Program-made: the position numbers and the translations under genes
In this document: positions 28,188-38,766 of the stretch, one piece after another
Numbering within the stretch: the stretch's first letter is position 1
Layout: every line of letters begins with the position of its first letter
The notes under the pieces: model-generated
Database searches by the model: none
The model's input: the letters and a program-made list of their open reading frames with translations, nothing else
What the model was told of the DNA's origin: nothing
Origin: Anaerocolumna sp.
GTDB lineage: Bacteria; Bacillota; Clostridia; Lachnospirales; Lachnospiraceae
Assembly: GCA_029239455.1 (NCBI GenBank)
Contig: JAQZAX010000001.1
Span: 3,539-67,538, forward strand
Length of the DNA stretch: 64,000 bases
Direction: 5' to 3'

Positions 28188-28913
28188 TTATATATATTGG
28201 TTATTCAACATTTTAGTAGCATTTGCGGCAAGTAATTGGTATAAGCTTTCATCGCCATACTTTTTACGTATCACATCAACACCTTGCCTCATTCTTGGCG
28301 CTCTTACAAGGTCCGAATGAGAATCTGTGCTAATAAAATGTATGTATCCTTTCCCAATAAGTTTCCTGCAAAATGCAGTTCTTCGATTTGCTATGTTTCC
28401 TAAGACACTTGATATATTCATTTGCAGGTATACGCCCAATTCAAGCAGCTCATTGATGCCCTTGTAATTATGGTAAAGACATTCATATCTCTCCAAGTGA
28501 GCGAGTACCGGTAAATAACCATTAATTAGCAGATTATGCAAACCTGCCCTTAACGTCTTAAAAGTTTCTGTTACCTGGAATTCAACCAATACATATCTTG
28601 TTTTTGCTAAAGTTAGCGCTTGCTTTTTATTCAAATGTTCCAGAATATCCTGGCTATAATATAACTCATTCCCTAAATCAATCGTAAAGTTACCGTCTAT
28701 CTTCCTTGCCTCTTGTCTTACAAGCTCCAGCTTATGTTGCAGCTCGTCTTGACTCGGATTAGGTAATCCAACTCTATAGTGTGGTGTAGCTATTATATGC
28801 CTGATTCCTTCTTCATGTGCTATCAAAAGCATTCGAATTGTTTGCTGTAAACTTTGCGCCCCATCATCTACTTCAGGAAGTATATGACAGTGAATATCAA
28901 TCCAATGTTCCAA
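28188..28913 (-). CDS. CpsB/CapC PHP-family tyrosine phosphatase, copy 1
   Basis: IDIHCHILPEVDDG, ATPHY, AHLERY, STDSH. Confidence 0.92.
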   Translation of the reverse strand: MEHWIDIHCHILPEVDDGAQSLQQTIRMLLIAHEEGIRHIIATPHYRVGLPNPSQDELQHKLELVRQEARKIDGNFTIDLGNELYYSQDILEHLNKKQALTLAKTRYVLVEFQVTETFKTLRAGLHNLLINGYLPVLAHLERYECLYHNYKGINELLELGVYLQMNISSVLGNIANRRTAFCRKLIGKGYIHFISTDSHSDLVRAPRMRQGVDVIRKKYGDESLYQLLAANATKMLNNQYI

Positions 28914-28930
28914 ATGATTATCCCCTCTTC

Positions 28931-30358
28931 CTATCTTGAACCTCTTCCAAATAAGACTACGCCTACGGTCTTTAGCAATATTTTCATATCCAGTACAAAG
29001 GACCAGTTATCAATGTATGCCAGGTCCATCTTTACAACATCTTCAAAGTCTTTTATATCGCTTCTTCCACTTACCTGCCAGAGCCCTGTTAGGCCACACT
29101 TAAGAGTCAGTCTTCGCCTGTGTCTTCCTTCATACAATAAAAATTCAGATTCCGTTGGGGGTCTGGTACCAACCAAACTCATATCCCCTTTTAGAATGTT
29201 AAAGAATTGAGGAAATTCATCAAGACTTGTTTTACGAATGAATTTTCCTACTTTTGTTATACGCGGATCATCGGTCATTTTAAACATAAATCCGTTCATT
29301 TCATTGTGAGCTAATAGTTCTGCTTTCCGTTCCTCTGCATCCATATACATGGACCGGAATTTATAAATTTTAAATCTTCTTCCGTTTTTGCCTACCCGAA
29401 CCTGAGAGAAGAAGATTGGTCCCGGCGATTCTATTATAATTGCCGGACCCAGGATGAGAATTAGTAATAGTGCCAATAGGCATCCGACCAATCCTCCCAG
29501 AATATCCATAAGCCGTTTTAGATGTAATTGGGATTCTGTAAACATCCTGGTGCTAAAGGTTAGTACATGAAATCCACTCATTTCGCGGACCACCTTCTCA
29601 TGAACTTTTAAACCGAATGTGTTTATACTTAAATTTACCGTTAATCCCATTTTCTCAAAATCCAAAATGGTCTCCTCTAGATTAAGATTAAGGGGGCAGC
29701 TACTTGGAATGTGAATGAATACACCGTCTAACACTTCCTGCCTGGCGACTTCATACATATTTAAAAAATCTGCCTTAACAGGAATTCCTTCAATCATTTG
29801 CCCAATCAGATGCTTATCCAAAATAGTTAGATACGTGACCTGATAATTCCACTCATTTTCCTTGCGAATACGGTTTAATACTTCTTTCGCCTGGTCAAGG
29901 GTTGTAATTATCATAAGTTTGCTGCTTGAATCACTCTTCTTATAGACGGATAGTAAAAGCACCTTCAGATATTGTCTTGCTATGTATGTAATCAAAATAT
30001 TCAGCAGAAAAAAACTAATAAAAAACAATCTGGAATAAGTAGCCCCCTCCTGAAAAACAAACATAATAATTGATAACACCGCTGCCAGCCACATATTTAT
30101 CTTTGTTACCGTAATCAGTTCTTCCAGGAACCCACGCTTAAATAATCTGCTGTAGCTATCATACAGATAATAAATTGTAATGTATAACAAAAGAATAATT
30201 AGAAATGCTACTCCATACATATTTCTAATCCATTCTTTTGTTATTCCCCCATACCGAATCCAGGTTGCAAGTAAGAAAGATAATAGAATGCTGCACAAAT
30301 CTACAATGAGCAGATATTTATTGGGCAAATCCTTTCTTATCAAATTCATATTCCCCAT
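28931..30358 (-). CDS. Priming polyprenyl-phosphate hexose-1-phosphate transferase (CpsE/WcaJ type)
   Basis: KFRSM, DPRIT, SLDEFPQF.N...GDMSLVG.RP, GLTGLWQVSGR. Confidence 0.93.
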   Translation of the reverse strand: MGNMNLIRKDLPNKYLLIVDLCSILLSFLLATWIRYGGITKEWIRNMYGVAFLIILLLYITIYYLYDSYSRLFKRGFLEELITVTKINMWLAAVLSIIMFVFQEGATYSRLFFISFFLLNILITYIARQYLKVLLLSVYKKSDSSSKLMIITTLDQAKEVLNRIRKENEWNYQVTYLTILDKHLIGQMIEGIPVKADFLNMYEVARQEVLDGVFIHIPSSCPLNLNLEETILDFEKMGLTVNLSINTFGLKVHEKVVREMSGFHVLTFSTRMFTESQLHLKRLMDILGGLVGCLLALLLILILGPAIIIESPGPIFFSQVRVGKNGRRFKIYKFRSMYMDAEERKAELLAHNEMNGFMFKMTDDPRITKVGKFIRKTSLDEFPQFFNILKGDMSLVGTRPPTESEFLLYEGRHRRRLTLKCGLTGLWQVSGRSDIKDFEDVVKMDLAYIDNWSFVLDMKILLKTVGVVLFGRGSR

Positions 30359-30992
30359 CCTTTATATATAATTGATTTTTCTTTGCAATAAATATACATA
30401 GATTTAACAATGACATCCAAACAGCTAATATAATAACTGCTGAGTTAATATCGAATACTTCCTTTTGTACCAGTATATTCTCTTTAAAGAGGTAGTTTCC
30501 CCTGGAATCTTTAAGCTGTTGAATATCTCCTCGAATGTTATACTCCAGCTTCAAACCACATAATCTATAGATTTGCTTACTTATGTGGATAGCAACTCCC
30601 CTGCCGTCCAGAGACATTTTCCTGATATCATTTTCATTTTCCAGATTTTTAAGTGCAGTAATGTCATTTAACCTAAAAGCTACTTTTTCTGCCGTTGCCA
30701 TACTAAACTCAATCTCTTTACCACTAAAGTAATTCACTAAGTATGCTTCATATGTGCTTGTTTCCAATTGACTGGAGGAGTCATTCACAACACTTAAAAG
30801 CATATTTAGAATTGCATTCTCAGCATCATTTAACCTGGTATTTTGTATCTCTTCTTTGTTTGTAACTGTTTCGATGCTTCTTTCCTCTTTTGCAGCCAGG
30901 CTCACTCTTGCGATTACTACGATAATTAGAATAAGAAATAAGATAAATATCGTAATTCGAGGAAGCATGCTACTTGATTCCATATACGTCAC
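30318..30992 (-). CDS. Hypothetical protein with N- and C-terminal TM segments
   Basis: 224-aa ORF, AAGGGG SD, overlaps start of priming transferase. Confidence 0.6.
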   Translation of the reverse strand: MTYMESSSMLPRITIFILFLILIIVVIARVSLAAKEERSIETVTNKEEIQNTRLNDAENAILNMLLSVVNDSSSQLETSTYEAYLVNYFSGKEIEFSMATAEKVAFRLNDITALKNLENENDIRKMSLDGRGVAIHISKQIYRLCGLKLEYNIRGDIQQLKDSRGNYLFKENILVQKEVFDINSAVIILAVWMSLLNLCIFIAKKNQLYIKDGEYEFDKKGFAQ

Positions 30993-31431
30993 CCCTTTTA
31001 GAATTTCGTTATATTATTATATTTTGGGACATAAGTTATTGTTACGATTAACAATAGATAGATTAGAAAGATTAGATTTGTTATTATAATAGAATGTTGT
31101 CTCTATGAATTGCTCCCCTTCGTGTCCCCTCTAACCCTCCAAAACGTACTTGACGCTGTTTCCCTCTCCTTTGATGAAATAGCTCCAGTTTACATCTGTA
31201 TGTAGTATATATTTCCTAAACTTTCTAAATTATAAATCACTGAAAATGAATACTCAAGGCAAAAATGGGGTATACTACTATCTTTCGGTCGCAATTTTTC
31301 CTATAATATTACGGCAAAAAATAGTAGTTCCCAAGGTTTTTGTTTATGCTTTTTAATTCCTCATTTACAGCTTAACTTCGACATTACGAACCCCTATGAA
31401 TCGCACGGAAGTTTTGTAAACTTATGGCTTT

Positions 31432-32445
31432 TTATTCATTATACTGTATATATTCTTTATACCACTCCACGAATCTTTTTAGTCCAATTTCAATGGGTAT
31501 ATTAGGCGAAAAATTATAATCTTCTATCAGGTCACTTACATCTGCATAGGTCTGATAAACATCCCCAGCCTGCATAGGCAAATATACTTTCTCTGCTTCT
31601 TTTCCCAGACATTTTTCCAGGGTTTTTATGAAATGCATCAACTGCTCCGGCCGGTGATTTCCAATATTATATAATTTGTATTTCGTATCCTTCGAATCAC
31701 TGTTTGGAGGATTACAAAGTATACGTAGGATGCATAGAATCACATCATCAATATAGGTAAAATCCCGATACATATCCCCCTGATTAAATACCTTGACAGG
31801 ATTACCATCCAATATATCCTTAGTAAAGGAATAATACGCCATATCTGGTCTGCCAAATGGTCCATAGACTGTAAAGAAGCGCAACCCCGTAACCGGTATC
31901 CCATAGAGGTGACTATAGGTATAAGCCATGAGTTCATTTGATTTCTTCGTAGCCGCATACAGACTCACCGGGGTATCTGTTTTGTCCTGTATCTGAAAGG
32001 GGACCTTCTGATTGGCACCATAAACAGAACTGGACGAAGCATACACCAAATGCTCTACGGCATTATTTCTGCAACCCTCTAGAATATGAAAAAAGCCAAT
32101 CATATTAGATTCTATATAGGCATAAGGATTCTCTATACTATAGCGAACACCCGCCTGTGCCGCCAGATTTACAACAATCTGTGGTTGATACTTTTTAAAT
32201 ACCTGCTCTACCGCCTGTTTATCCGCAAGATCACCTTTGATAAAGGTAAAATTGTGATAATCTTTTAGAATAGCTAATCTGGCTTCTTTTAGCCTTACAT
32301 CATAATAAGAATTGAGATTGTCAAAACCCGTGACATTAACACCCTGCAATAGAAGTCCCTTGGCAAGATGAAAGCCAACAAATCCCGCCGCTCCCGTAAT
32401 AAGAATCGTCTTCTTCGTATCTAATTCTTTAAATTCTGCTCCCAT
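31432..32445 (-). CDS. NAD-dependent epimerase, UDP-glucuronate 4-epimerase type
   Basis: TGAAGFVG, NLAAQAGVRYS, YAATKKSNE, GRPDMA. Confidence 0.88.
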   Translation of the reverse strand: MGAEFKELDTKKTILITGAAGFVGFHLAKGLLLQGVNVTGFDNLNSYYDVRLKEARLAILKDYHNFTFIKGDLADKQAVEQVFKKYQPQIVVNLAAQAGVRYSIENPYAYIESNMIGFFHILEGCRNNAVEHLVYASSSSVYGANQKVPFQIQDKTDTPVSLYAATKKSNELMAYTYSHLYGIPVTGLRFFTVYGPFGRPDMAYYSFTKDILDGNPVKVFNQGDMYRDFTYIDDVILCILRILCNPPNSDSKDTKYKLYNIGNHRPEQLMHFIKTLEKCLGKEAEKVYLPMQAGDVYQTYADVSDLIEDYNFSPNIPIEIGLKRFVEWYKEYIQYNE

Positions 32446-32463
32446 AATACTCCCCTTTTGCTG

Positions 32464-33756
32464 CTATCTACCAATGGAATAGTATTCAACTCCTACTTTT
32501 TTCATTTCCTCTAGTGAATAGATATTCCTTCCATCATATACTAGGGGCGTTCTCATAAGTTTCTTATACATCTCTGGCGTAATCGCCTTGATTTCGCCCC
32601 ATTCCGTAAATATAAAGCAGACATTGGCTCCCTCAAGTGCTTCTTCCGGGGTATCGGTATAAATAATTTCATTGGGGTACTTCTTCTTAAAGTTCTCGGC
32701 TGCAACAGGATCATAGGCATAGAGATTTGCCCCTTGTTCTAAGAGCAATATAATATTATCTATGGATGGTGCTTCTCTTAAGTCATCTGTGCCGGGTTTA
32801 AAGGACAATCCTAAGATAGCAACTTTAAGTCCGTGGAAGGTAATGAGCCGCTGACTTGCTTTCTTAAACAGCTTTGTTTTCTGCACTTTATTAACCTCGA
32901 CTGCTGCCTCTACAGTTTTAAGTTCATATCCGTACTGTTTGGCAAGGTATTTTAATGCCTTTGTATCTTTTGGGAAACAACTTCCTCCGTAACCGATACC
33001 TGCATTTAAGAAATTTGACCCGATTCTGGTATCGTAGGACATTCCCTTTGCAACATCTTCAATATTGGCTCCTACCAATTCACATAGATTGGCAATATCA
33101 TTCATATAAGATATCTTTAGTGCAAGAAAATCATTGCTGGCGTACTTAATCATTTCTGCACTTCGTCTACTTACGGAGACAATCGGAAGTCCAAAGGGTT
33201 CATATATTTTTCTAAGCAGTTCTTCCGCTTCTTTACTTTCCGTTCCTATAATTACCCTGGCCGCTTGCAAGGTATCCCTTACCGCAGTCCCTTGTGCCAG
33301 AAATTCTGGATTACTTGCAACTTCTACTTTGACATCGCGGCGCAAAAAGTCCCTGATAAACTGCTCCACCTTATCATTGGTGCCAATGGGTACGGTGGAT
33401 TTAACAACTACCAAACAATCTTTTTCAATGGATTCTGCAATCTGTCTTGAAACCATGGCAACGTGAGCTAAATTAGCGGAACCATCGGGCAGCTCCGGTG
33501 TTCCCACTCCGATAAAGATAACATCAGCCCATTGATATGCACTGCAATAATCTGTAGTATAATCTATTCTTCCAGCTTCATAATTCTTCTTCATTAACTC
33601 TTCTAAGTCTTTTTCGTAAATAGGCGATTTGCCTGACTTCATCAGCGTAACCTTCGCCTCATCTATATCAACACATTTTACGTTATGGTGGACCTCAGCA
33701 AAACATACCCCTGCCACCAAACCAACATAACCTGTACCAGCCACTGCTATATTCAT
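32464..33756 (-). CDS. ugd: UDP-glucose 6-dehydrogenase
   Basis: G.GYVGL, KSTVP, NPEFL, GYGGSCFPKD, FKPGTDDLR; start refined to 33756. Confidence 0.93.
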   Translation of the reverse strand: MNIAVAGTGYVGLVAGVCFAEVHHNVKCVDIDEAKVTLMKSGKSPIYEKDLEELMKKNYEAGRIDYTTDYCSAYQWADVIFIGVGTPELPDGSANLAHVAMVSRQIAESIEKDCLVVVKSTVPIGTNDKVEQFIRDFLRRDVKVEVASNPEFLAQGTAVRDTLQAARVIIGTESKEAEELLRKIYEPFGLPIVSVSRRSAEMIKYASNDFLALKISYMNDIANLCELVGANIEDVAKGMSYDTRIGSNFLNAGIGYGGSCFPKDTKALKYLAKQYGYELKTVEAAVEVNKVQKTKLFKKASQRLITFHGLKVAILGLSFKPGTDDLREAPSIDNIILLLEQGANLYAYDPVAAENFKKKYPNEIIYTDTPEEALEGANVCFIFTEWGEIKAITPEMYKKLMRTPLVYDGRNIYSLEEMKKVGVEYYSIGR

Positions 33757-33757
33757 A

Positions 33758-33860
33758 TTTACACCCAGCTCATATCCCAGGTTTACCTGCGATATTACCA
33801 TAAATAAATAGGTTGAATGAATCTATTTATGGCCATCCTTTCTCTATATATATTTTCTTT
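33758..33860 (-). repeat. ~100-bp two-hairpin element, copy 1 (abuts ugd start)
   Basis: Aligns by eye with 57238..57339; shared core CATATCCCAGGTTTACCTGCGATA and CCATAAATAAATA...TCTATTTATGGC. Confidence 0.9.
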
Positions 33861-33922
33861 CAAACTTACTTACCCTTTCCGTGGGCCCGCGTCCTGGCTT
33901 TCTATATTTTCTGCCCCATAAA

Positions 33923-35434
33923 TCATCTTCCCTTAGTTGGTATCAACTTCTTCATTAACCCCCAGATGCCTTTTAAATTATCTGTATAGAATATTGCATT
34001 TATCGTTAAAGTTACCGCACTTGCCATTACCCCTGCCATCATTGCATGAATCAGCCAGCTTATATAGGAATTTACCTTACTATGAGGCAGTAGTTCATAA
34101 AGTACTATAATGATAATTACTGTCATTACACTAATTGCGAATCTTTTTACGAATACCCAGACACTTCTCTCTAATATATGCCTTGACAAATAAACTGCAT
34201 ACTGTACCGTCCGAAACAGCATTGCACAGAAAGTACCTATGGCGGCTCCTTCGATCCCAATGATATTAACCAATACTACAGACAAGATAATATTGATAAA
34301 TGACTCAAGAAATGCTCCATTTCTCGTCTGTTTAAAATGACCTGCCGCCAATACGACGTCATGATACGGTATGCGAATACAGTACACAGCTTCCGCAGCT
34401 ATTAAAATATAGGCAAAGAGAGGTCTTGTGTAATTGTAATCTGTTATTTCCCTGGTATATACAGACAGAAATGGCATAATGGATAATGCCGTTGTCGTAA
34501 ATAAAATAGTTGTTATGGTGTAAGATAGAAATTCAAAGATTGGAAAGTTTCTATCCAGTGATTCTTTTTCTTCCTTGGCAATCATATTCCCAAAAGCCGC
34601 CTCAAGTCCCGAGGAAAAGGTTGTGGTCAGTCTTTTTACAGCCGATATCACCATATAGTACACAGAATAGACAGACACCTCTTTTACATTAGTAAACAGT
34701 GTCAATACCACAATGTCTGTGTTTGTATGCAAAAAAAATGCTATATGATGTCCAAGTCCATTCCACCTCTGGCGAATGGCATTATTATCCGGTGCGCAGT
34801 CTTTTATTAATTTGTATTTCTTACTTACCAATGCATTGATTACTATTGGCCTTACTACATAGATACAGGCACTCCCAAACTGTACCAGATGTATACCCGC
34901 ACCAAGTTTAATGAATAAAACTACTAAAATGGTATTTATTAATGTTGTGAAAACTTGTATGAAAGAAGTAATATACCCTTGCTGATCTGCTTGCAGTACA
35001 ATCTGATAAGCTGCACCAAAGTAATATTGAGTGAAGGTACTGGCACTAATAATCATAACCAGAGTAAGTGTAAAAATATATTCAAAAACGTCATTTACAA
35101 GGAGCGGATAGAGAAAAGCCACGGCGACAGAGTATCCAATGAATAGAAAGGCTATGACGCGAAAGAATTTCTCTGTTGCTTTTACAATTCCACTAATAAG
35201 ACTAACATCCTTATCTGCCAGCGGTTTATATAAGGCAGCGCGAACAACTCCACCAACGCCGGCTTCTAGTAGCACAATGTATCCCAAGAATTGACTAATG
35301 GAAGCTGTAACTCCATTAATCCCAGAGCCAAAGGTTTCTATAATCAGTCTGGGTGCGATAAGGCCGCATATAATGGATACCATTTGCAGAAGCAGCGATG
35401 TAAGCATATTTAATGCTGCTTTTTTACTACGCAT
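33923..35434 (-). CDS. Wzx-type flippase / polysaccharide exporter (set A)
   Basis: ~500 aa, many TMs, LLEAGVG..ALYKPLA, TDIVVL motifs; start refined to 35434. Confidence 0.85.
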   Translation of the reverse strand: MRSKKAALNMLTSLLLQMVSIICGLIAPRLIIETFGSGINGVTASISQFLGYIVLLEAGVGGVVRAALYKPLADKDVSLISGIVKATEKFFRVIAFLFIGYSVAVAFLYPLLVNDVFEYIFTLTLVMIISASTFTQYYFGAAYQIVLQADQQGYITSFIQVFTTLINTILVVLFIKLGAGIHLVQFGSACIYVVRPIVINALVSKKYKLIKDCAPDNNAIRQRWNGLGHHIAFFLHTNTDIVVLTLFTNVKEVSVYSVYYMVISAVKRLTTTFSSGLEAAFGNMIAKEEKESLDRNFPIFEFLSYTITTILFTTTALSIMPFLSVYTREITDYNYTRPLFAYILIAAEAVYCIRIPYHDVVLAAGHFKQTRNGAFLESFINIILSVVLVNIIGIEGAAIGTFCAMLFRTVQYAVYLSRHILERSVWVFVKRFAISVMTVIIIIVLYELLPHSKVNSYISWLIHAMMAGVMASAVTLTINAIFYTDNLKGIWGLMKKLIPTKGR

Positions 35435-35435
35435 T

Positions 35436-36503
35436 TTATTGTCCTCCATTTAAAATATCACTTAGATATCTTTTGGGTCTTATTAAGATATTCACATATA
35501 GGAATAGCGGAATGTAGTATTTTCTTTGGAATAATATAGATAGAATCTTTTGATTGTAAGATAAATCGAATTTCCTCATATAAGGAATTGCATTTTGATA
35601 TAATTTGAACTTTTGAATATTACCAAGAATTTTAACTTTGGTTTGATAATTAGCATCTGCCTGGCATAGTTGGACGATAAAGTATAACAGATTTCTGGTG
35701 TAAGTCTCATAGAACTGCTTCAAGTGCTTTCTCTGCTTCATGTTCATCCTATCCAAATAGTTTAGCAGCTTACCCCATACATAGGTAATATCTTTCACCT
35801 TATGAATATGAAATGTGTGTGTGATTCCATTTGGAGTCATACGATAATTATACATAGGTTTATTCAGATAGAGAATTCGTTTTGCATTATATAATAAGGG
35901 GAGAGAAAGCAGTAAATCTTCTGCATGTTTATGTTTGCTATATTCTGAATACTCTCTATAATCAATTATATTTCTACTAACTGCCTTTGCCCAAATCTGA
36001 TTTAGACGGTTTCCTGTAATAACTTCTTCAAATAATTGTACCTTATTCTCCTGCTCAAATATGGTTCCATTTTCAAAAACCGGGGGATTCACAATGGATT
36101 TTGTTTGTGTAACTCGTTTGAAGTTATATATCACCATATCACAATCGTAGAACCTTATGGCATTATATACGGTATCCAGTAAATCCGAATCCCAGTAATC
36201 ATCCCCATCTAAAAACAAATAGTAATCTCCGGTTGCCATATCCATACCTTGTATTCTGGCAGTAACAATGCCCTGATTTTTCTGATGATGGACCCTGATT
36301 CTGTCATCTAGCTTGGCGTAACGGTCGCAAATAGCTCCGCTGCTATCTTCTGAACCATCATCGATTAAAATGATTTCATAATACGGATAGGTCTGTTCTA
36401 AAACAGAGTAAATGCACCTTCCCAGATATTTTTCAACATTATATACCGGAATTAAAACACTAAATAAAATCATAGGTTTTGTATTCCTCCTTCCCCTATT
36501 CAT
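35436..36503 (-). CDS. GT2 glycosyltransferase
   Basis: SVLIPVYN, IDDGSED, FLDGDD. Confidence 0.92.
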   Translation of the reverse strand: MNRGRRNTKPMILFSVLIPVYNVEKYLGRCIYSVLEQTYPYYEIILIDDGSEDSSGAICDRYAKLDDRIRVHHQKNQGIVTARIQGMDMATGDYYLFLDGDDYWDSDLLDTVYNAIRFYDCDMVIYNFKRVTQTKSIVNPPVFENGTIFEQENKVQLFEEVITGNRLNQIWAKAVSRNIIDYREYSEYSKHKHAEDLLLSLPLLYNAKRILYLNKPMYNYRMTPNGITHTFHIHKVKDITYVWGKLLNYLDRMNMKQRKHLKQFYETYTRNLLYFIVQLCQADANYQTKVKILGNIQKFKLYQNAIPYMRKFDLSYNQKILSILFQRKYYIPLFLYVNILIRPKRYLSDILNGGQ

Positions 36504-36517
36504 TGTTGATAGCTGAC

Positions 36518-37552
36518 TTAGCCTGGTCTCCCAGGAAGCCTTAGAAAACTTCCAAGGAGTTCATCATATGCCTCCGGTTTTATTTGGCAAAATCCACCAG
36601 AATGTGTTAAGGTCATTTCCCCAAAATAGCATTTATCCTTGATCGTATAAAAATCAATCCTCACTTGAGGAAATCCTTTGCTTAAGATTCTGCACAGTTC
36701 CAGCATTTTGGCTAAGCACTTAGGTTTTTCTTCTTTGTTAGTGTTACGCATATAATGACTGTCAAATACACAAGGTTCTATCTCCCAATCAGTGGTATAA
36801 ACAGTACCACTTCTAGGCAACTCTTTATGAAATCTATCATGGAGTAGAAATATAAATTTGGGCTCCCCATGAAAGCAGAATATCTTGTAATCCTTTGGTA
36901 CCTCATTTTCTCCGTCATCCAGATAAGCTTCACAGATAATTCTGGGTTTAATATGACGGTATGGCCACTCCCTGCTGGGGTAATAATAGTTTTTCTTCAT
37001 TTGCAAGTTAAGCTTCTTTTCTGCTGCCTTTCTATTAAATTTTGATTTATCTTTACATATGACTACACTTCCCGAGTCATGGGTACATTTTAAAACAAAT
37101 TGATTTGGCAGTTGTTCAAAATCTATTTCATCAAAAGTCTGATATACTCCAATCAGGGGAATCAGATATTGCTCCCCTATGGTCTTAGCAATAAACTTTC
37201 TTACTTCATATTTATCAACCAGATTGCTGTATCCCGCCTTACGGTCGTATAACTTAAGCCATTGAATCTTCTCTGTATACGTTTGGGGATTCGATAGATT
37301 CAGCTTCTTTCCTAATCTTGCTCTGTATATAATCTTAAGATACCACGGATCCGGTATGAACTTTAAGTGACCCCGTGAACCAAAATAATTAATAATTTTA
37401 AGTGGATTTTTGCTATACTCTATTAGTTTATTGATTTTTTCCTGATTCTTTCTACTTCCCTTTACTTTGCTTCTCTTAGCCCCGTATTCCATTTTCATAT
37501 TCTGTTTCACTTCTTCCCATTTAATATTTTCAGCTGTCCGGCATTTTATCAT
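36518..37552 (-). CDS. TupA-like ATP-grasp protein, copy 1
   Basis: NP.TYTEKIQWLKL, DKYEVR, LKCTHDSG, DYK.FCFHG, RIDFY..YFGEMT. Confidence 0.85.
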   Translation of the reverse strand: MIKCRTAENIKWEEVKQNMKMEYGAKRSKVKGSRKNQEKINKLIEYSKNPLKIINYFGSRGHLKFIPDPWYLKIIYRARLGKKLNLSNPQTYTEKIQWLKLYDRKAGYSNLVDKYEVRKFIAKTIGEQYLIPLIGVYQTFDEIDFEQLPNQFVLKCTHDSGSVVICKDKSKFNRKAAEKKLNLQMKKNYYYPSREWPYRHIKPRIICEAYLDDGENEVPKDYKIFCFHGEPKFIFLLHDRFHKELPRSGTVYTTDWEIEPCVFDSHYMRNTNKEEKPKCLAKMLELCRILSKGFPQVRIDFYTIKDKCYFGEMTLTHSGGFCQIKPEAYDELLGSFLRLPGRPG

Positions 37553-38759
37553 AAGTCATCCATTTATCACTTTTTAGAATATTTAAGTAACTCAATATGA
37601 AAATGTGAATTATTAAAATGTCCCTTTCATAATATGTGACCACCCAATATTCTAGCACAGAAAATAAGAAGAAAAGCCATAGCAGCATCTTAGCTGTAAT
37701 GTATTCATCACTGCCTTTTTTTAACTTTAAGAAGCGTTGCCGAAATAATAACAGAATATATTTGCTGTAATAAATGGCAAAACCTATGAAGCCGCTGCTA
37801 AATAGTATCTCAATAAAATTATTGTGTGCATAAAGCCTGCTGGGATTTGTGATTTCTCTGAAATTATCTAATCCGTAACCTGTTTCTGGACGTTTCTTAA
37901 TGTACTTTATTCCGGTTTCCACTAAACGATTTCTAGTTGACATGGAAGCCTCCTTTGTTTTGCCGGTGAGAAAGTAATCGATGGTATTCTCAATTCTAGA
38001 GCCAGCTATCTCGTATAGGTAGGGTACCTCCATTAATAGAAGGAGTCCAAGGAGTATACCGATACCTCCTATTATCATCTTCCTTAGTTTTTTTCTTGGA
38101 TACAGATACAGGATTAACAAAAATACTCCTGCTGCTGCTAAAACAATTGATTTTCTTGAACCGGTTAGAAAAACACAGGCTAGCAGCACACTACTAATCA
38201 TAAAACACCGGAACTTATTTTTCTTTATATATAAATATACTGTAATAATTAGTGCTATGGCAGCAACAATACCTACCCCATTGGAATGAACATCTGCTTT
38301 TGCACCCAGAAAATAAATCGAAGTATATAACAGGAATCTTCCTGCTAATAAAGTCCTCCAGCCTATAATAAATAAGGTTATAACACCGAAAAATACAGCG
38401 TAGACGTAGATTCGCAACACCCGGATAAAATCATGAACCAGCACTATAAAATTAAAAACAGCCCAATTTATAATCAAACATTTTATTAAGGTATTTACTT
38501 TAGTCTGTGCTACATCATAATAAACTGCAACTCCGGAATCTATTTGCCAGATGCTATATAGGATAAAGATAATATCTAAAATAAAGTAAAAGGAGAATTT
38601 AAACTTTCTTTTTCTAAGGCTAAAATATGCGGATGTTCCTATGAGAACCAGGGTCGCCATATTTGCATAAATTGTATAATTTGCCACTAAGGTTAAATAT
38701 ATATAGAGAAAGAAAATGGTATTTGTAAATAATTCATTTTTATTTATATAAAACTTCAT
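37530..38759 (-). CDS. Wzy polymerase / O-antigen-ligase-like protein (set A)
   Basis: LTGSRK, GYG...F, YAHNNFIEIL...G..G. Confidence 0.8.
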   Translation of the reverse strand: MKFYINKNELFTNTIFFLYIYLTLVANYTIYANMATLVLIGTSAYFSLRKRKFKFSFYFILDIIFILYSIWQIDSGVAVYYDVAQTKVNTLIKCLIINWAVFNFIVLVHDFIRVLRIYVYAVFFGVITLFIIGWRTLLAGRFLLYTSIYFLGAKADVHSNGVGIVAAIALIITVYLYIKKNKFRCFMISSVLLACVFLTGSRKSIVLAAAGVFLLILYLYPRKKLRKMIIGGIGILLGLLLLMEVPYLYEIAGSRIENTIDYFLTGKTKEASMSTRNRLVETGIKYIKKRPETGYGLDNFREITNPSRLYAHNNFIEILFSSGFIGFAIYYSKYILLLFRQRFLKLKKGSDEYITAKMLLWLFFLFSVLEYWVVTYYERDILIIHIFILSYLNILKSDKWMTYDKMPDS

Positions 38760-38766
38760 AAATCAC

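Noticed and set aside
31000-31430. Riboswitch (e.g. c-di-GMP) in the long gap before the priming-transferase operon
   Set aside because: Only a loose inverted repeat (TACTACTAT...ATAGTAGTT) seen; no recognisable aptamer consensus; needs Infernal to exclude
33757-33801. N-terminal extensions of ugd (and of tex, lsrA, loaP, pssE) in the ORF track
   Set aside because: Extensions run through repeats, leaders or upstream genes; downstream starts match family N-termini and SD positions
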